A DNA stretch of 64,000 bases from Eledone cirrhosa (lineage: Eukaryota). Below are positions 37,175-49,330 of the stretch, piece after piece; within the stretch, counting starts at the first letter, position 1, and each line of letters opens with the position of its first letter. The position numbers and the translations under genes were made by a program. The stretch covers positions 148,118,001-148,182,000 of the forward strand of contig OZ024740.1 of NCBI GenBank assembly GCA_964016885.1, given 5' to 3'. The notes beneath the pieces were generated by a model. That model did not search any database and was not told the DNA's origin. It worked only from the letters and a program-made list of their open reading frames with translations.

Positions 37175-38095
37175 AGAGGAAAGGGGGCCCCCTCATAGGG
37201 TGACTTTTGAGAGTAGGGTAATTTAGGATCGGTGAGGTTCCTAAGTCACCCCCAGGTTGTACTCCCCCTGTTGGGGAATTTTATATTTATGTATTTTGTT
37301 GTTTATTGTCACCTGTTATCGTTTTTTTTACACAATAATATGTAAACCCCCACTGTCCCTGTTTTTGTATTGGCCTACATGTTTCGGCCCAAGACATCTC
37401 TTAGTAGGCCTTGAATGGGAGGTGGAGTGGCAGTGCTAATTAGAAAATGCCTGGATCTCGAGGTACAGACGATTTTATCCAGACGGTATATTGGTGGTCC
37501 TGGACCTTAGCAATAGTGAAGGTGGTGCCTTTAGACGAGTGGCCGTTTATGCCTCGACTGGGGTTGGATGGCCGGCCAGATTTTTCAGTCGTCCGGAAGC
37601 CTTTCTACAAATATCTCGACGTATACTGTTATCGGGGGACTGGAACGGCATCTTGGACGTACGCTGGGATTGTGTGAACGTAGAAGTAGATGAATGCAAA
37701 ACCTGATCAGGCACTTCCAGGTGTCTGACAGGTACCGGCTAAATTTCTCGAATGCACCAGTGTGGACCTGCACAACTACATAGGGTCATATAGATCGTAT
37801 ATAGATAGGCTTTCCATTAGCTCAGCAGATAGGGTTATCATAGGGTGGCCACAATTCCAAACGGTCGCCTATTCAGACCATAAATTCGCGAGCTTCTAGA
37901 TATAACAGGTAGATATGGACCTAGTTATTTGAAATTTAACGCCTAGTTCCCGGAGCGTAAAGCTTACAGCGACCGGATTAGCATTTTAGTTAAACAAAAG
38001 GAGGGGGAGGTAGTAGCTAAACTTCCACTGTACTTGTCCTTGTATTGTTCCCTATATGTCGGCCCTTGTGGCCAATAAAGAAATTATTATTATTA
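37175..38095 (+). mobile_element. Decayed Tx1-family pieces: 3' UTR-like segment (37175-37375), APE-domain fragment (37380-37995) and a 3' end with AATAAA and (TTA)n
   Basis: gtggccgtttatgcctcgac, ggggactggaacggcatcttggacgtacgctgggattgtgtg, tgtctgacaggtaccg and gaccggattagc align with 29620-30100. cccttgtggccaataaagaaa matches 32942-32963. Confidence 0.8.
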
Positions 38096-38278
38096 TTTTT
38101 TTTTTTAAATTGTTTTTCCATTTCCTTCAATATTGTTTCCGTTTTATGCCGAGTATCTTCCTGACATCTAAGGGCAAATAAACTCACTCTATACATTGGT
38201 CAGCCAGTTAACACACCAAAATGATTATAATTTACAGCTTTAAAAAAATATTATTACTATTATCAATATCATAGTATT

Positions 38279-38452
38279 AAGGGCAGTGGATTAGCAGTAT
38301 CGATAGAGTGTAGGACACCATGCTTTGCAGCATAGAGTTATGGACCTTTACGTCAAGGTTAGCTTTGCCTTTCATCCTTACGGGGGTCGATAAAATAAAG
38401 CACCAGTAATTGCTGGCCTTGTGCTATAGTAGAAATCATTATTATTATTATT
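38279..38452 (+). mobile_element. SINE copy
   Basis: gtggattagcagtatcgatagag...gcctttcatccttacgggggtcgataaaataaagcaccag. Confidence 0.88.
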
Positions 38453-39169
38453 AGCAGTTGTAGTATAATTTTCCGCTGATTGTGAAGACATGATCAAAGA
38501 CTTTCCAGCTGTGATCATCTCCCTTTTTTCAATCTGATACAGTTTATCTAAGATCAACTATGATTTTATTATTAACTGTGTTCCTTCCATTTTTTAAAAG
38601 ACAGTAGAGTGTGTATCGCTAATTTATATAAGTTTCAAATAGAATTGCAAGGACAATGTTATTTCAATACTTATATTTTCATCACTAGGCTTCTATAATT
38701 AGTTTGACCTTTAGTGCATGTTTGCACACTTATAATACTTAGTAATGCTATGTCAATTAAGTTACAGTTGCCACTCTCGAATGTAGAATTACTTGGTCTT
38801 ATTGCCTGTAATTTTGTAATTAGTGCAACGGTTCGAATGAGTGCATAGGAATTAGATTACCATGCATTAAGTATACAGTTTTGGCGATAAAAGTATAAGA
38901 AGCCTTATTTTTATTTTATGTTGCATTTTGTAAAGGTTTTGGTTCCACGTATCCACCGAGCCAATAACTGGTTCACTTCATTTACTAAGTGGAAAGTTAC
39001 AAGGGGAGCATTGTTGATTCGGAGTATATAGATATTTCCCCGACACACACACACATTAAAAGTATAAGAATAAGAGAGTTCGCATGTGTAATTTAATGAA
39101 AGCAGTCAAATTTTTTAATGTAAATTACATACATACATACATAATGTAGAGAAGCTGTCTTCTTCTTGG

Positions 39170-41020
39170 GCTACTATCCTAAAATTAAAGACATAGAAGG
39201 AGGACTCTATTTTCAGTGATAAAATAAAATATCGCAGGAGTATATTTCAGGGAGACAGTCTCTCTGTGATATTATTCACCCTGTCATTAAACCCCTTGCC
39301 CTTTCTGCTCAAGAAATGTGAAGGATACATCATTGGCTCACAGGAGGACAGAAATACGAACCTAACCCATAATTTCTTTGTGGATGATCTGAAACTCTAT
39401 GCCAAGAACAGGGATGGGATGAAGAAAAATCTTGACCTGGTTACAACATTCTCAAAGGAATGGAGTTTGGGCAAGATAAATGCTCATTATTGACTGTAAA
39501 GCCGCGGAAAACAACAACCCAATCTAGCAACATTGTCATCAATGGCCTAACTGTTTCACCGATATCTGATGAGCACTGCTACAGATTCCTAGGGATAGAT
39601 GACAACATATCCTATATATGGTATCTGTAATAAGGAAGGCGTAACCAGGGAATACTACACCCGATTAAGAAAGATATGGTCATCGGAACTCTCTGCGCAA
39701 AACAAAACAGTGGCTCACAATCTGTTTGCTGTGCCTGTCCTAACACCAACTTTTGGAATACTCAATTGGACGATAGACGAAATCCTAGCAATTGATGTTA
39801 GAACTCGAAAAATACTAAACAACACCGGAAACTTCCACATCAACAGTGACATAGACCGCCTTTACTTGAAACGTAAGCAGGGAGGCAGAGGCCTAACATC
39901 AGTCCAGACAGCATTTGAATGTCGCATTATATCACTCCGACAATATCTACGAACCTCGAAGCGTAGGAGCCCGTCTCTCGAGCAAGTCTATCTGCATGAA
40001 ACAGATAAGATCATGAGAGTTGGGAAGGAAATCCTCGAGAGATATTCCCTGTGTGATAATCAAAAACTCACACCCAGGGAAGTCGCTCAGTAGTATCGCA
40101 GTGAATCCATGGATGAAAAACTGCATGCTTATCAGCAAAAAATTATACATGGATATGTTGCCAGGAAGCTCCAGAGTGAGAGTAATATCGATAAAGAAAG
40201 TAGGCTATCTTGGACCAACAACGGCTATATTGGTTCTCACTTTGAAGGATGCGGTTTTGCAATCCAAAGACAGGAAATTAACACGAAATACCTGATTCAC
40301 AAAAGACATAGGGATGTAGGCAAAACACCTAGATGTGATAACAAGTTCAGACTCTGCAGAGTTAACATCGAAGATGTCACCCATGTCATAAGCAGCTGTC
40401 AAAAGATGTCATCGCGGTACTATCTACCTATGAGGCATGATGTAGTGGCCAAAACACTGTACAATGCGATCCGTAAAAAAGATAGCGCCGATAATAAACA
40501 CATTAAAAGCTACAGCAATGTGGAAGACATATATATAGATAATATGAAAGAGTACTGGTGGAATATTCCAGTAAAAACCCCAATAAAATGCAGGCATAAC
40601 AGACCAGATATTATGATATGGGACAGGGAAAAGAAGGCATGCACAGTAGTGGAAATTAGCTGCCTAGCAGATGCCAATATAATATCAAAGATTAGCGAAA
40701 AGGGGAATATTTATGCAGAACTGATGAGGAATCTGCTGATACTCAATCCTGATTATAACTTCAGATATATGCCTGTGATTATTGGGGCACTGGGATATGT
40801 TAGTAACTGCCTCAATACAAACCTTGAGAAGCAGGGCTTCACAGGAGCAGAAAGAACACAACTAGTTAGGAAATAACAAGTACAATCCATTAATAGAACA
40901 GTAAAAATATGTAAAATATTCCAAAAATGTTGCATTTAATAACTGCAAATACACATGTACAGTTTATGTCGCATTATGTCAATATATGAAATTCAACAAA
41001 TGAACTGCTACTATTATTAA
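39170..41020 (+). mobile_element. Third, divergent R4/Dong-like REL retrotransposon, 5'-truncated pseudogene
   Basis: IFQGDSLSVILF, FFVDDLKLYA, DRLYLKRKQGGRGL, RLCRVNIEDVTHVISSC, RHD, HNRPDIMIWD..VVEISC, PVIIGALG. Frameshifted pieces 39266..39493, 39599..40093 and 40109..40876. Confidence 0.88.
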
Positions 41021-41024
41021 ATTG

Positions 41025-41260
41025 GAGGGGACAGTAGATTGGTAGAATTGTTAGTGCGTCGGGAAAAATGTATTGCAGAATTTGGTTACGGCTCTTTACG
41101 TTTTGAATAAAAATCCTGCCGGAGTCAACTTTGCCTTTCATCCTTCCGGAGACGTAAAATAAAATACAAGACAAGCTCTGAGAAGCCGATATAATTGACA
41201 TCCTCCCCAAATTGCAGGCATTTTGTTTAAATTAGAAAACATTTAGAAATTAGAAATTAG
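41025..41260 (+). mobile_element. Older SINE copy
   Basis: agattggtagaattgttagtgcgtcggg...gagtcaactttgcctttcatccttccggag. Confidence 0.8.
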
Positions 41261-41972
41261 AAATTTGTAATTAAAATGTGTGTGTGTGTATGTATGTGTA
41301 TGTATGTGTGTGTGTATCATCATATATTTTCTGCATGAATATCACACGGTCTCAGTAAACTTTAATAAATAAAATATGGTAGAAAAGAATGTAGACACTC
41401 CCTCGGCTGTATGTCCTATATGTAAATGGAGAAAAAGATGACATTTGTTTCAAACAAAAAATGTAAAAACATAGAAGACATTTAATCTAGGACAACTCGA
41501 CATTCAAAATAAAGTTAGTGTTTGTTAGCTTTGTACGTTGATTTTCCGGATACAACCAATATGGTTTTAAAAAGAGGAAATCTCTTTCTTTCTCCTAAAC
41601 ATGCATACATACACATCTCTACATCACTAAGCCTACTATGCCTTATCCTCCTTTTTTCTTTTTGAGTAATGGAAAATTACAAAATCTTTCCATTTTACTT
41701 CAAGTACTTGTACGTTCTTTCTATGTCAATAACATATTATTAATAACTTTAGAACTTGGGTTGTTCACTTCAGATAACTAGTTGAAAATTATTAGCTAAC
41801 AATGATGATTCGAAGATTCGGGGGGGCTACAGTAAAAAGAGCGAAGATAGTGATAGACGCAATTATCTGATTTCGAATCCAGTCAAACTGCATGGCACCG
41901 TAGGATAGTGGCTTCTACTATAAACTCAGGTGGACCAATGCCGTATGACATGAGTTAAATTTGGTATACAGA

Positions 41973-42014
<42 letters not shown>

Positions 42015-42270
42015 CAGTCGATCGAAAAGATCCCAGACCTCATTCACTTAAGGAGAGGGGTGGAGCTCAACAAACCGGACCGAGGAAACAATGTTCCCGT
42101 TGGTCTTTCCAATTACTAATACTTTCTACCGGTCGCAAATCCAGGCAGAAGAAGCAACGCGAAATAAAGTGTCTTGTTCAAGGAAATAATGCATCGCTCG
42201 GTCCGAGAATCAAACTCACAACCTCACGATTTCGAATCCAGTTCCATAACCACTCAGCCATGCGCCTTCA
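42015..42270 (-). mobile_element. Second tRNA-derived SINE family
   Basis: Minus strand tgaaggcgcatggctgagtggtta (A-box)...gtgagtttgattctc (B-box-like)...ccttgaacaagacacttta (CORE/Meta-like central motif). Confidence 0.7.
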
Positions 42271-42271
42271 C

Positions 42272-42372
<101 letters not shown>

Positions 42373-42385
42373 TATATATGTATAT

Positions 42386-42449
<64 letters not shown>

Positions 42450-42492
42450 TGTGTGTGTGTACGTAGTTAATACGAAACATTGTTATATATGT

Positions 42493-42780
42493 AGAAAATA
42501 CAAAACAAAACGAGCGACCGAAGTACTCTTCCTTAACTGCTCCGTGTGTTCGCAAAAGCGCATGCGCGGGGTCGCTACAGAAACCATTTTGCCTCGTGCA
42601 TATCTAACATATTATTTATCCTTGGTTTTATCCGACTGTTGTAGCAATTCCGCGCATGCGCTTTGCAGTCACATATACCAGTCAGGGAAGAATACTTCGT
42701 TCGCTCTTTTTGTTTTGTTTCGGACTATTTCAGCTTTGCATCGGAAAAGAGGTTAATAAGCCCTGAAATATGCTAAATTG
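42493..42780. mobile_element. Inverted-repeat (MITE-like) element with ~85-bp imperfect arms; its right end has an inverted homolog at ~11168-11248
   Basis: gagcgaccgaagtactcttcc...aaagcgcatgcgcggggtcgctaca pairs with tgtagcaattccgcgcatgcgcttt...ggaagaatacttcgttcgctc. tttcagct..gaaaagagg..agccctgaaata is shared with the minus strand of 11170-11225. Confidence 0.75.
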
Positions 42781-42850
42781 CATTTTTTTGTTATCATTTG
42801 CCCTTCGTATTTTTTACCGTAATGCACCGGCTTTTCTGAAAATTATAGAT

Positions 42851-42888
<38 letters not shown>

Positions 42889-42967
42889 GTATGGTTGCAA
42901 GAAAATTGCGTCCGTAGGCGGTATGCCGGTTGAGCACTCGATGCTCACGCAGAGCAGAGTATAATAC

Positions 42968-43302
42968 TATAAGGATAAAGGAACAACGATTCTGTGTTGC
43001 ATCATAACATATATAATAATATATTACATATGTTTCACTATCGATCAGCTAGAGGCAAGACCTATTATAGATCGAACCAGATTCTGTAATCGAAAGATCC
43101 ACGGATATGCTTGCTAAATGATCTCGTCTCCGATTCTATGTGACGAGATCATATAGCAAGCATATCTGACGATCTTTCGATTACAGAGTCTGGTTCGATC
43201 TATAATAGGTCTTGCCTCTAGCTGATCGATAGTGAAACATATGTAATATGTTATTATATATGTTATGATGCAACACTGAATCCTTGTTCATTTATCCTTA
43301 TA
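42968..43302. repeat. Near-perfect ~335-bp palindrome between (TA)n tracts
   Basis: tataaggataaaggaacaa... pairs with ...ttgttcatttatccttata. Loop at about 43129-43141. Confidence 0.95.
43161..43250 (+). ncRNA. Best candidate type I hammerhead ribozyme (intact core, enlarged stem II)
   Basis: CATAT-CTGACGA-T-CTTTCGATTA..(39 nt)..TGATCGATAG-T-GAAA-C-ATAT-G-TA-ATATG. Stem I CATAT/ATATG, palindromic ATAT loop 3, GUA triplet. Confidence 0.68.
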
Positions 43303-43305
43303 TAT

Positions 43306-43417
<112 letters not shown>

Positions 43418-43499
43418 ATAACTTTGATAATTTGGATAGGTTTCGGCCAGTATCGGCCCAGGCCATGTCAAACTTAATAGCACCACCTGGCGAAGTTTT

Positions 43500-44640
43500 T
43501 CAAATCATGATTGGGACACCATGACCCACTCAAGAAGAGAGCTATTGTGTTCGGAGATATATCCGTGTGTAGGGGTTTTATGCAGAATATCTACGTCCAA
43601 GGACATTTTGAATTTTATGGGATCTGTTTCGGTCTTTATATGTTTTGGTGTGATGTTGAAGAAAGCGGGACTAGAAAGGGTGAAATAATTGTTATGAGAT
43701 GCGAGTTTGATTTTTGTTGTGGGATGATAGCACGGCCCCTATAACGTAAGTGTATTTTAAAGATAATGCCAACATTATTTGGGCATTGCTGATGGAATAT
43801 TTTCCAGAAATGTAGTGCTTTTCTAGTCGACCCCATTAATCAAAGTATATCATGCTGTCTATCTTTTTGTGATTGACCTTTGAGGTGCTTCAATTTTCAT
43901 AATAGATAACAGTATTCTAGGTGGGACCGGACAAAGTAGAGAAGAGAAGGATTATGGCGTGGATATCTCTCGACTGGAAAGTTCTGAGGATCCAAGAAAA
44001 TATCCTATGTGCCCTGTTGTTTATATCAGAATCATATATTTGGTTGTTGTCAACAATTACTCCCAGGTCTCTGGTGTTGGGTGCTACAAGGGTTTCACTC
44101 GAAGGAAGAAAATATGATAACTTCAGTACATCCTCTTTTCCAAAGTGGATTAGTTCAATTTTATTCTTGTTTAGTAGGACGTTCGTTTTCTCTGTCCATT
44201 GGTTAACAGCACGTAGATCCGATTGAAGGCATATCTGGTCTCCCACTCCATTGGTGACCTTTGACCACAAGATGCTGGCCTGTTTATCAGAAACACTTTG
44301 ATCCATTGTAGTAACTTTCCACAGACACCAATGTTGGATAGATTTTTTTCTACAGGATGTTGGGATCAAGAGCCTTGCTGAAATCAACGTATATAACATC
44401 CGTGTTGCAACCCTCTCCTAAAGCCCTTAAAATATCATCAAATTGATGCCAAATCTGTGTTAGGCAGTCCCTGCCATTACGGAACACATGTTGGTTGGAC
44501 TTCAGCAGATTGTTGCTTTCAATGAAATGAGTTATTAGTGATCTCACCACTCTCTCAAATACCCTAATGATGCGAGGGTAGTGAAATCGAGTAGTAATTC
44601 ACTGCAAGAGACTTGTTTCAATTTTTGAAAACTGGGACGT
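43500..44640 (-). mobile_element. Decayed CR1-group LINE reverse transcriptase fragment
   Basis: SNNLLKSNQHVFRNGRDCLTQ...DVIYVDFSKALD (QHGFR..RSC.TQ; DF.KAFD), LQSDL..VNQW, RDLGVIVD, WILRTF. Confidence 0.8.
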
Positions 44641-44882
44641 CAGACTGAGACTGAAAGTTTTACGGGTGTAGCCAGCGTCTAGTATATATATAGAGAAATT
44701 TACAAAGGTTATTTAAACCACCACATTCCAGAAGAGTGAAAACATTATTTATTGCATAAAACTGACATGTGCTTCTTTGTACAATCTAGAATCGCTAATA
44801 TTTGACTCCTTCAATCAAATTAAATCGAATCCATCAACTTAAAGTAATTGATTACACTAACGGTAACTGAATTCTACTATAA

Positions 44883-45123
<241 letters not shown>

Positions 45124-45431
45124 GAGAGGGCAATTTGATGACGTAAAAGAGAGTTTAGGTGAAATAAAGGAGAAAGGAATTTTGGGGAAGAAGAAATAGA
45201 TAGAAGGTGTGTTTCTTTACTTTTACACATTGCGGTTCGACAAGTAGAGATCGATAAAATAAATTCCAAACTTAAAAAAAAAACAAAAAACAATATCGAT
45301 GTCGATATGATCGAGTAAAGGTTTTGAATGTGGTGCTCTAGTATGGTCACAGTGTAATGAATAAAACCAGTAAATACAATAAAACAATAAAAGAAACTAA
45401 AGAAAAAAATCGTAAACCGTTAGATTATATT

Positions 45432-45600
45432 TGTGGTGTCCTTGGCCTTAGGGCCACCTCCCTACTCACCTCCATCGGCACAGAGTTGGCTACCCGCACG
45501 TGTGAGCCTCACGAGCTGGAATGCCTCTTCCAGCGCGTCTCCCTCACCATCTTCCGCCGAGGGGCGGCCAGATCGTGGGCCCCATTGGCTCACAATAGTG
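45432..45600 (+). mobile_element. 3' tip of a CRE-clade (REL) non-LTR retrotransposon
   Basis: GC-rich island translating CGVLGLRATSLLTSIGTELATRTCEPHELECLFQRVSLTIFRRGAA, which resembles the recalled CRE C-terminus G.WG..A...L..LG..L...TG.PRE...L.QR.S.AIQRGNA. Confidence 0.65.
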
Positions 45601-45702
45601 AGAGATGGGGAGAGCGGGAGAGACGGAGGCTGTGACAGTGGGAGTTTGGTTCCATTGTGTTCAGACCTGGTATTTATTTACCACACCACATTAACTATAT
45701 AT

Positions 45703-45890
45703 AAGGTGGATTGGCAGTATCGGTAGAGGGTCGGACGCCATGCTTTCCAGCATAGTTACGTCCCTTTACAGTCTGAGTTCAAATCCCGCCGAGGTTAACT
45801 TTGCCTTTCATCTTTACGGGGTCGATAAAATAAAGTACCAGTAATGCACTGGCTAATTGCTGGCCTTGTACAAACAGTTATTGTTAATTA
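45703..45890 (+). mobile_element. Full-length SINE copy
   Basis: aaggtggattggcagtatcggtagagggtcggacgcc...gagttcaaatcccgccgaggttaactttgcctttcatc...gtaccagtaatgcactgg. Confidence 0.92.
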
Positions 45891-46215
45891 TAAATAAAAG
45901 TGTTCGTTAGTGAAGAATTTAGGGTATCCGGAATTATGATCCCTATTTCTGAGAGATAGGGAGGGCGAGAGAGATGGAGGCGATGGCAGTGGGAGTTCGG
46001 CTCTTCCGTGTTCGGACACATTTATAAGACTGTAGGTTTTATGTAGTTGCTATGTTTTATAAACATACATTACATATAGAGAACATTTCTATTTAGAATG
46101 TATATATATAAAATTCTACAACCACAAACACCAGCCACAACCACCTCTGACACTATCTGTCTCTCTGTTTCTCTTTTTTTAACAAGCATAGTTTATTATA
46201 AAAAAATAATTTATT

Positions 46216-46307
46216 ATAGAAAAATAATAATACGAGAACTCAATGAAAGGGTTTTTTTTATTATAAAAAAACCCTTTCATTGAGTTCTCGTATTATTATT
46301 TTTCTAT
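46216..46307. repeat. ~92-bp near-perfect palindrome fused to a 5'-truncated SINE (46308-46425)
   Basis: atagaaaaataataatacgagaactcaatgaaagggtttttttta-ttataaaaaaaccctttcattgagttctcgtattattatttttctat, followed directly by ttcaaatcccgcc. Confidence 0.92.
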
Positions 46308-46522
46308 TTCAAATCCCGCCGCGGTTAACTTTGCCTTTCATCCTTACGGGGTCGATAAAATAAAGTACCAGTAATGTACTGGATAATTGCTGGCCTTGTG
46401 CTAAAAGTTGAAATAATTATTTTTCTATTTCATTTGTTTGGCGGATACCTTACTGTTGTTGCCAACAGACTATCTTGTGAAAATATATTATAACTGAAAG
46501 CATTTGGGAATTATATCCCTTG

Positions 46523-46880
46523 AAGCAGCAGCAGCAGTAGCAGCAGCCACAGCAACAACACCAGCAGCAGCAACAGCAGCAACAGCAGCAACAGGAACAA
46601 CAACAGCAGCAGCAACAGCAACAGGGGTAGCAGCAACAGCAGCAGCAACAGCAGTAGCAGCAACAGCAGTAGCAGCAACAGCAGCAGCAGCAACAGGAGT
46701 AGTAGCAGTCGTTGTCGTAGTATTAGTGGTTGTGATAGCAGCAGCAGCAGCAAAAGCAGCAGCAGCAGTAGTAGTAGTAGTAGTGGTGGTGGTGATGGCG
46801 GTGGTGGTTGTGGTGGTGGTAGTAGTAGTAGTACTTCTACTAGTAGTAGTAGTACTACTACTAGTAGTAGTAGTGGTGAC
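46523..46880. repeat. Compound trinucleotide repeat (GCA/ACA)n-(GTA)n-(GTG)n
   Basis: Read directly; explains the poly-A/T/V/L ORFs on both strands. Confidence 0.95.
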
Positions 46881-47966
46881 GAAGATAATGAGTATGGGTT
46901 TTTCCAAACTATTTCACACAATTCGACAATCACAGCGATAACTATGTTGACTAACCTAGGAAGTAAACTATTGAATTGATCATGAAGTATACAGAATTTA
47001 ACCACCCAAATTAAGAAACGTTCCATGAGCATGTTTTTAAATGTGTTTAATTTAACAGCTTTTTTTCCCTAGCTTTAACTAACGTTATTTAATCACGCAG
47101 CATTTTGATGTCAACTATAAAAACACGATTGTAATTTTTGTGCTTTTATTTTGTGCTGTTTAGTGATCCGTCTGTATGGCGAATGATCATTATATTTTCA
47201 GTTTCTGTGACACATAAAGCTTCATATAAGATCTAGTTCCGTTAACATTTTGAAACGAGGTGATTTATGTATAGAAGTTTAGCTACATTGTTCTGCCTCA
47301 AAGTATATTTAATGGAGATAATTTTAGACATGATTTCTATCTTTTCCAAATGAAATATCCGAAGTATATTTGTGAATTTTTAATGGTATGATCTGAGAGA
47401 AAAAAACGTGATCATGTTTGTTGCAAGACATTGAAGACACATGAGATCGATGAGTTTGATGTCCTTAAATAGTTAACTGCAAGCTAACAACTATAGAGAA
47501 AAGACTGTCTGAGAGGAAATTCCATGAAGCTGGTAATGTAGGATCTAGTAGAAGGATAGACATAATAGGAGTGGCGGGAAAAATAGAGACCAGTGAGTTA
47601 AGTAGGTGGAAATGGTACGTAATTAGCAATCTTCGAGAAGAGACAACTTTAGTTACAATAGAAGACAAAGGGGGAGAGGGGGGAGAAGAGGAGAGAGAGA
47701 ACTTTTATGTGGGCTAGAGGCAGAAGTGTGTTGATATTTTTGGGAGGTGCGATTAATGATGTTCGTATGTATAATATCAAACACGTGTTATATTAGGGAG
47801 TAGAATTCCATTGTGGGTTTGACTTGCACTTTGTAGGGAGTTAGTAACAGAGATTTCATTTTGCTGGCATTCGAGTTAGAGAGTCGAACATATATATATA
47901 TATATATAGATAGATATCAAATTTCATTGTGAAGATTAAGCAGAGAGTGTAGCCTAAACAGCAAAG

Positions 47967-48042
<76 letters not shown>

Positions 48043-48120
48043 GAAGTGTAAGTGATTGAGTGAATTACTGGTGTTGGGAGCAAACCAAGCACTTTATGCA
48101 CAAGCAGAGTGTATATATAT

Positions 48121-48291
48121 TAGAAAAAAATGAGTAAGTTTCATTTACATGTATATGATATTTATTGTGTATCGACCTGTTACGCGCGTTTCGCAGAGGT
48201 TGACCTTGAGCCAATCCTCTGCGAAACAAGCGTAACAGGTCGATACACAATAAATATCATATACATGTAAACAAAACTTATTCATTTTTTT

Positions 48292-48293
<2 letters not shown>
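48121..48293. repeat. ~170-bp palindrome in (TA)n carrying the 3' half of a hammerhead (GAAA-C-GCGC-G-TA on minus)
   Basis: tttacatgtatatgatatttattgtgtatcgacctgttacgc..gtttcgcagagg pairs with cctctgcgaaac..gcgtaacaggtcgatacacaataaatatcatatacatgtaaa. Confidence 0.93.
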
Positions 48294-48383
<90 letters not shown>

Positions 48384-48396
48384 CGTGCGTGCGCGC

Positions 48397-48466
<70 letters not shown>

Positions 48467-49174
48467 GATGACAGATGTGTGCATCGGGGACGAACAGACT
48501 ATGCAGTTCGGGTGTTAGAAAGCGGTTGGATAGAAATCCACGAATATTCGAGAAGGGGAGAGAGAATTGTCCAGTAGATTTAGTTTTTAGTGGAGCCTCC
48601 TGAAGTAGAGCCTACTAACTCTGATGGTGTCTAGAACGGAGGCGGACAAGCGAGACTGAGTGGGAGAGCGTGACACTTGCTAATCCTCTGTCTTTATTAC
48701 TATTGCAGTATAACGTTAGTTCCAACACAGACTTAGGTGTTAATTTTTTGTGTGAATATATTTTACTTTTTCTTAACTTTGTCTATGTTGCGTAAGAGAG
48801 ATGGTATTGAGATGTTCTTTGTATGTTGCTGTTTAGTATTTTTTCGTGTACTGGCAGCAACTGAGGTTTAAAGCTTGCTTACAGCATCAAACTATATCTC
48901 TTTTATGTCCTCGCGTCTTTTCGTTTAAGTAGTTTTTTCTTGTTATGCAATTTATGAAATGTCGTAGTCTGTACAAGCTGTCGCAATGACTAGAACGCTG
49001 TTTTGTAGTTTATTGTGAAAATATTTGCAGCCCAGGCTTGGTAGGAGTAATTAATGATGGACCTAATATATTTTCCCCTTGATAGTGTTCCTTTTTGTTG
49101 GTCAAACGTGGAACACGATTATTCTAAGCATGATTATGCATGTTTAGTTCCTTAATCTGACTTCTTTGTGTGTT

Positions 49175-49330
49175 GGCTCTCAATCTAACAGAGTCGTTAA
49201 AGCGTTGGATATTTGTTTCCGTTCCCTTCGACGTGAATTTATCTAACGCCAAGGTCCATTTTTGCCTTTCAGCCTTTCGGGGTCGACAAAAAAGTACGAG
49301 CACGTTGCTGATTCAGCCCTCTCTCTCCTT
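49175..49330 (+). mobile_element. Degenerate SINE copy
   Basis: acagagtcgttaaagcgttgg...ttttgcctttcagcctttcggggtcgacaaaaaagtac. Confidence 0.7.
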
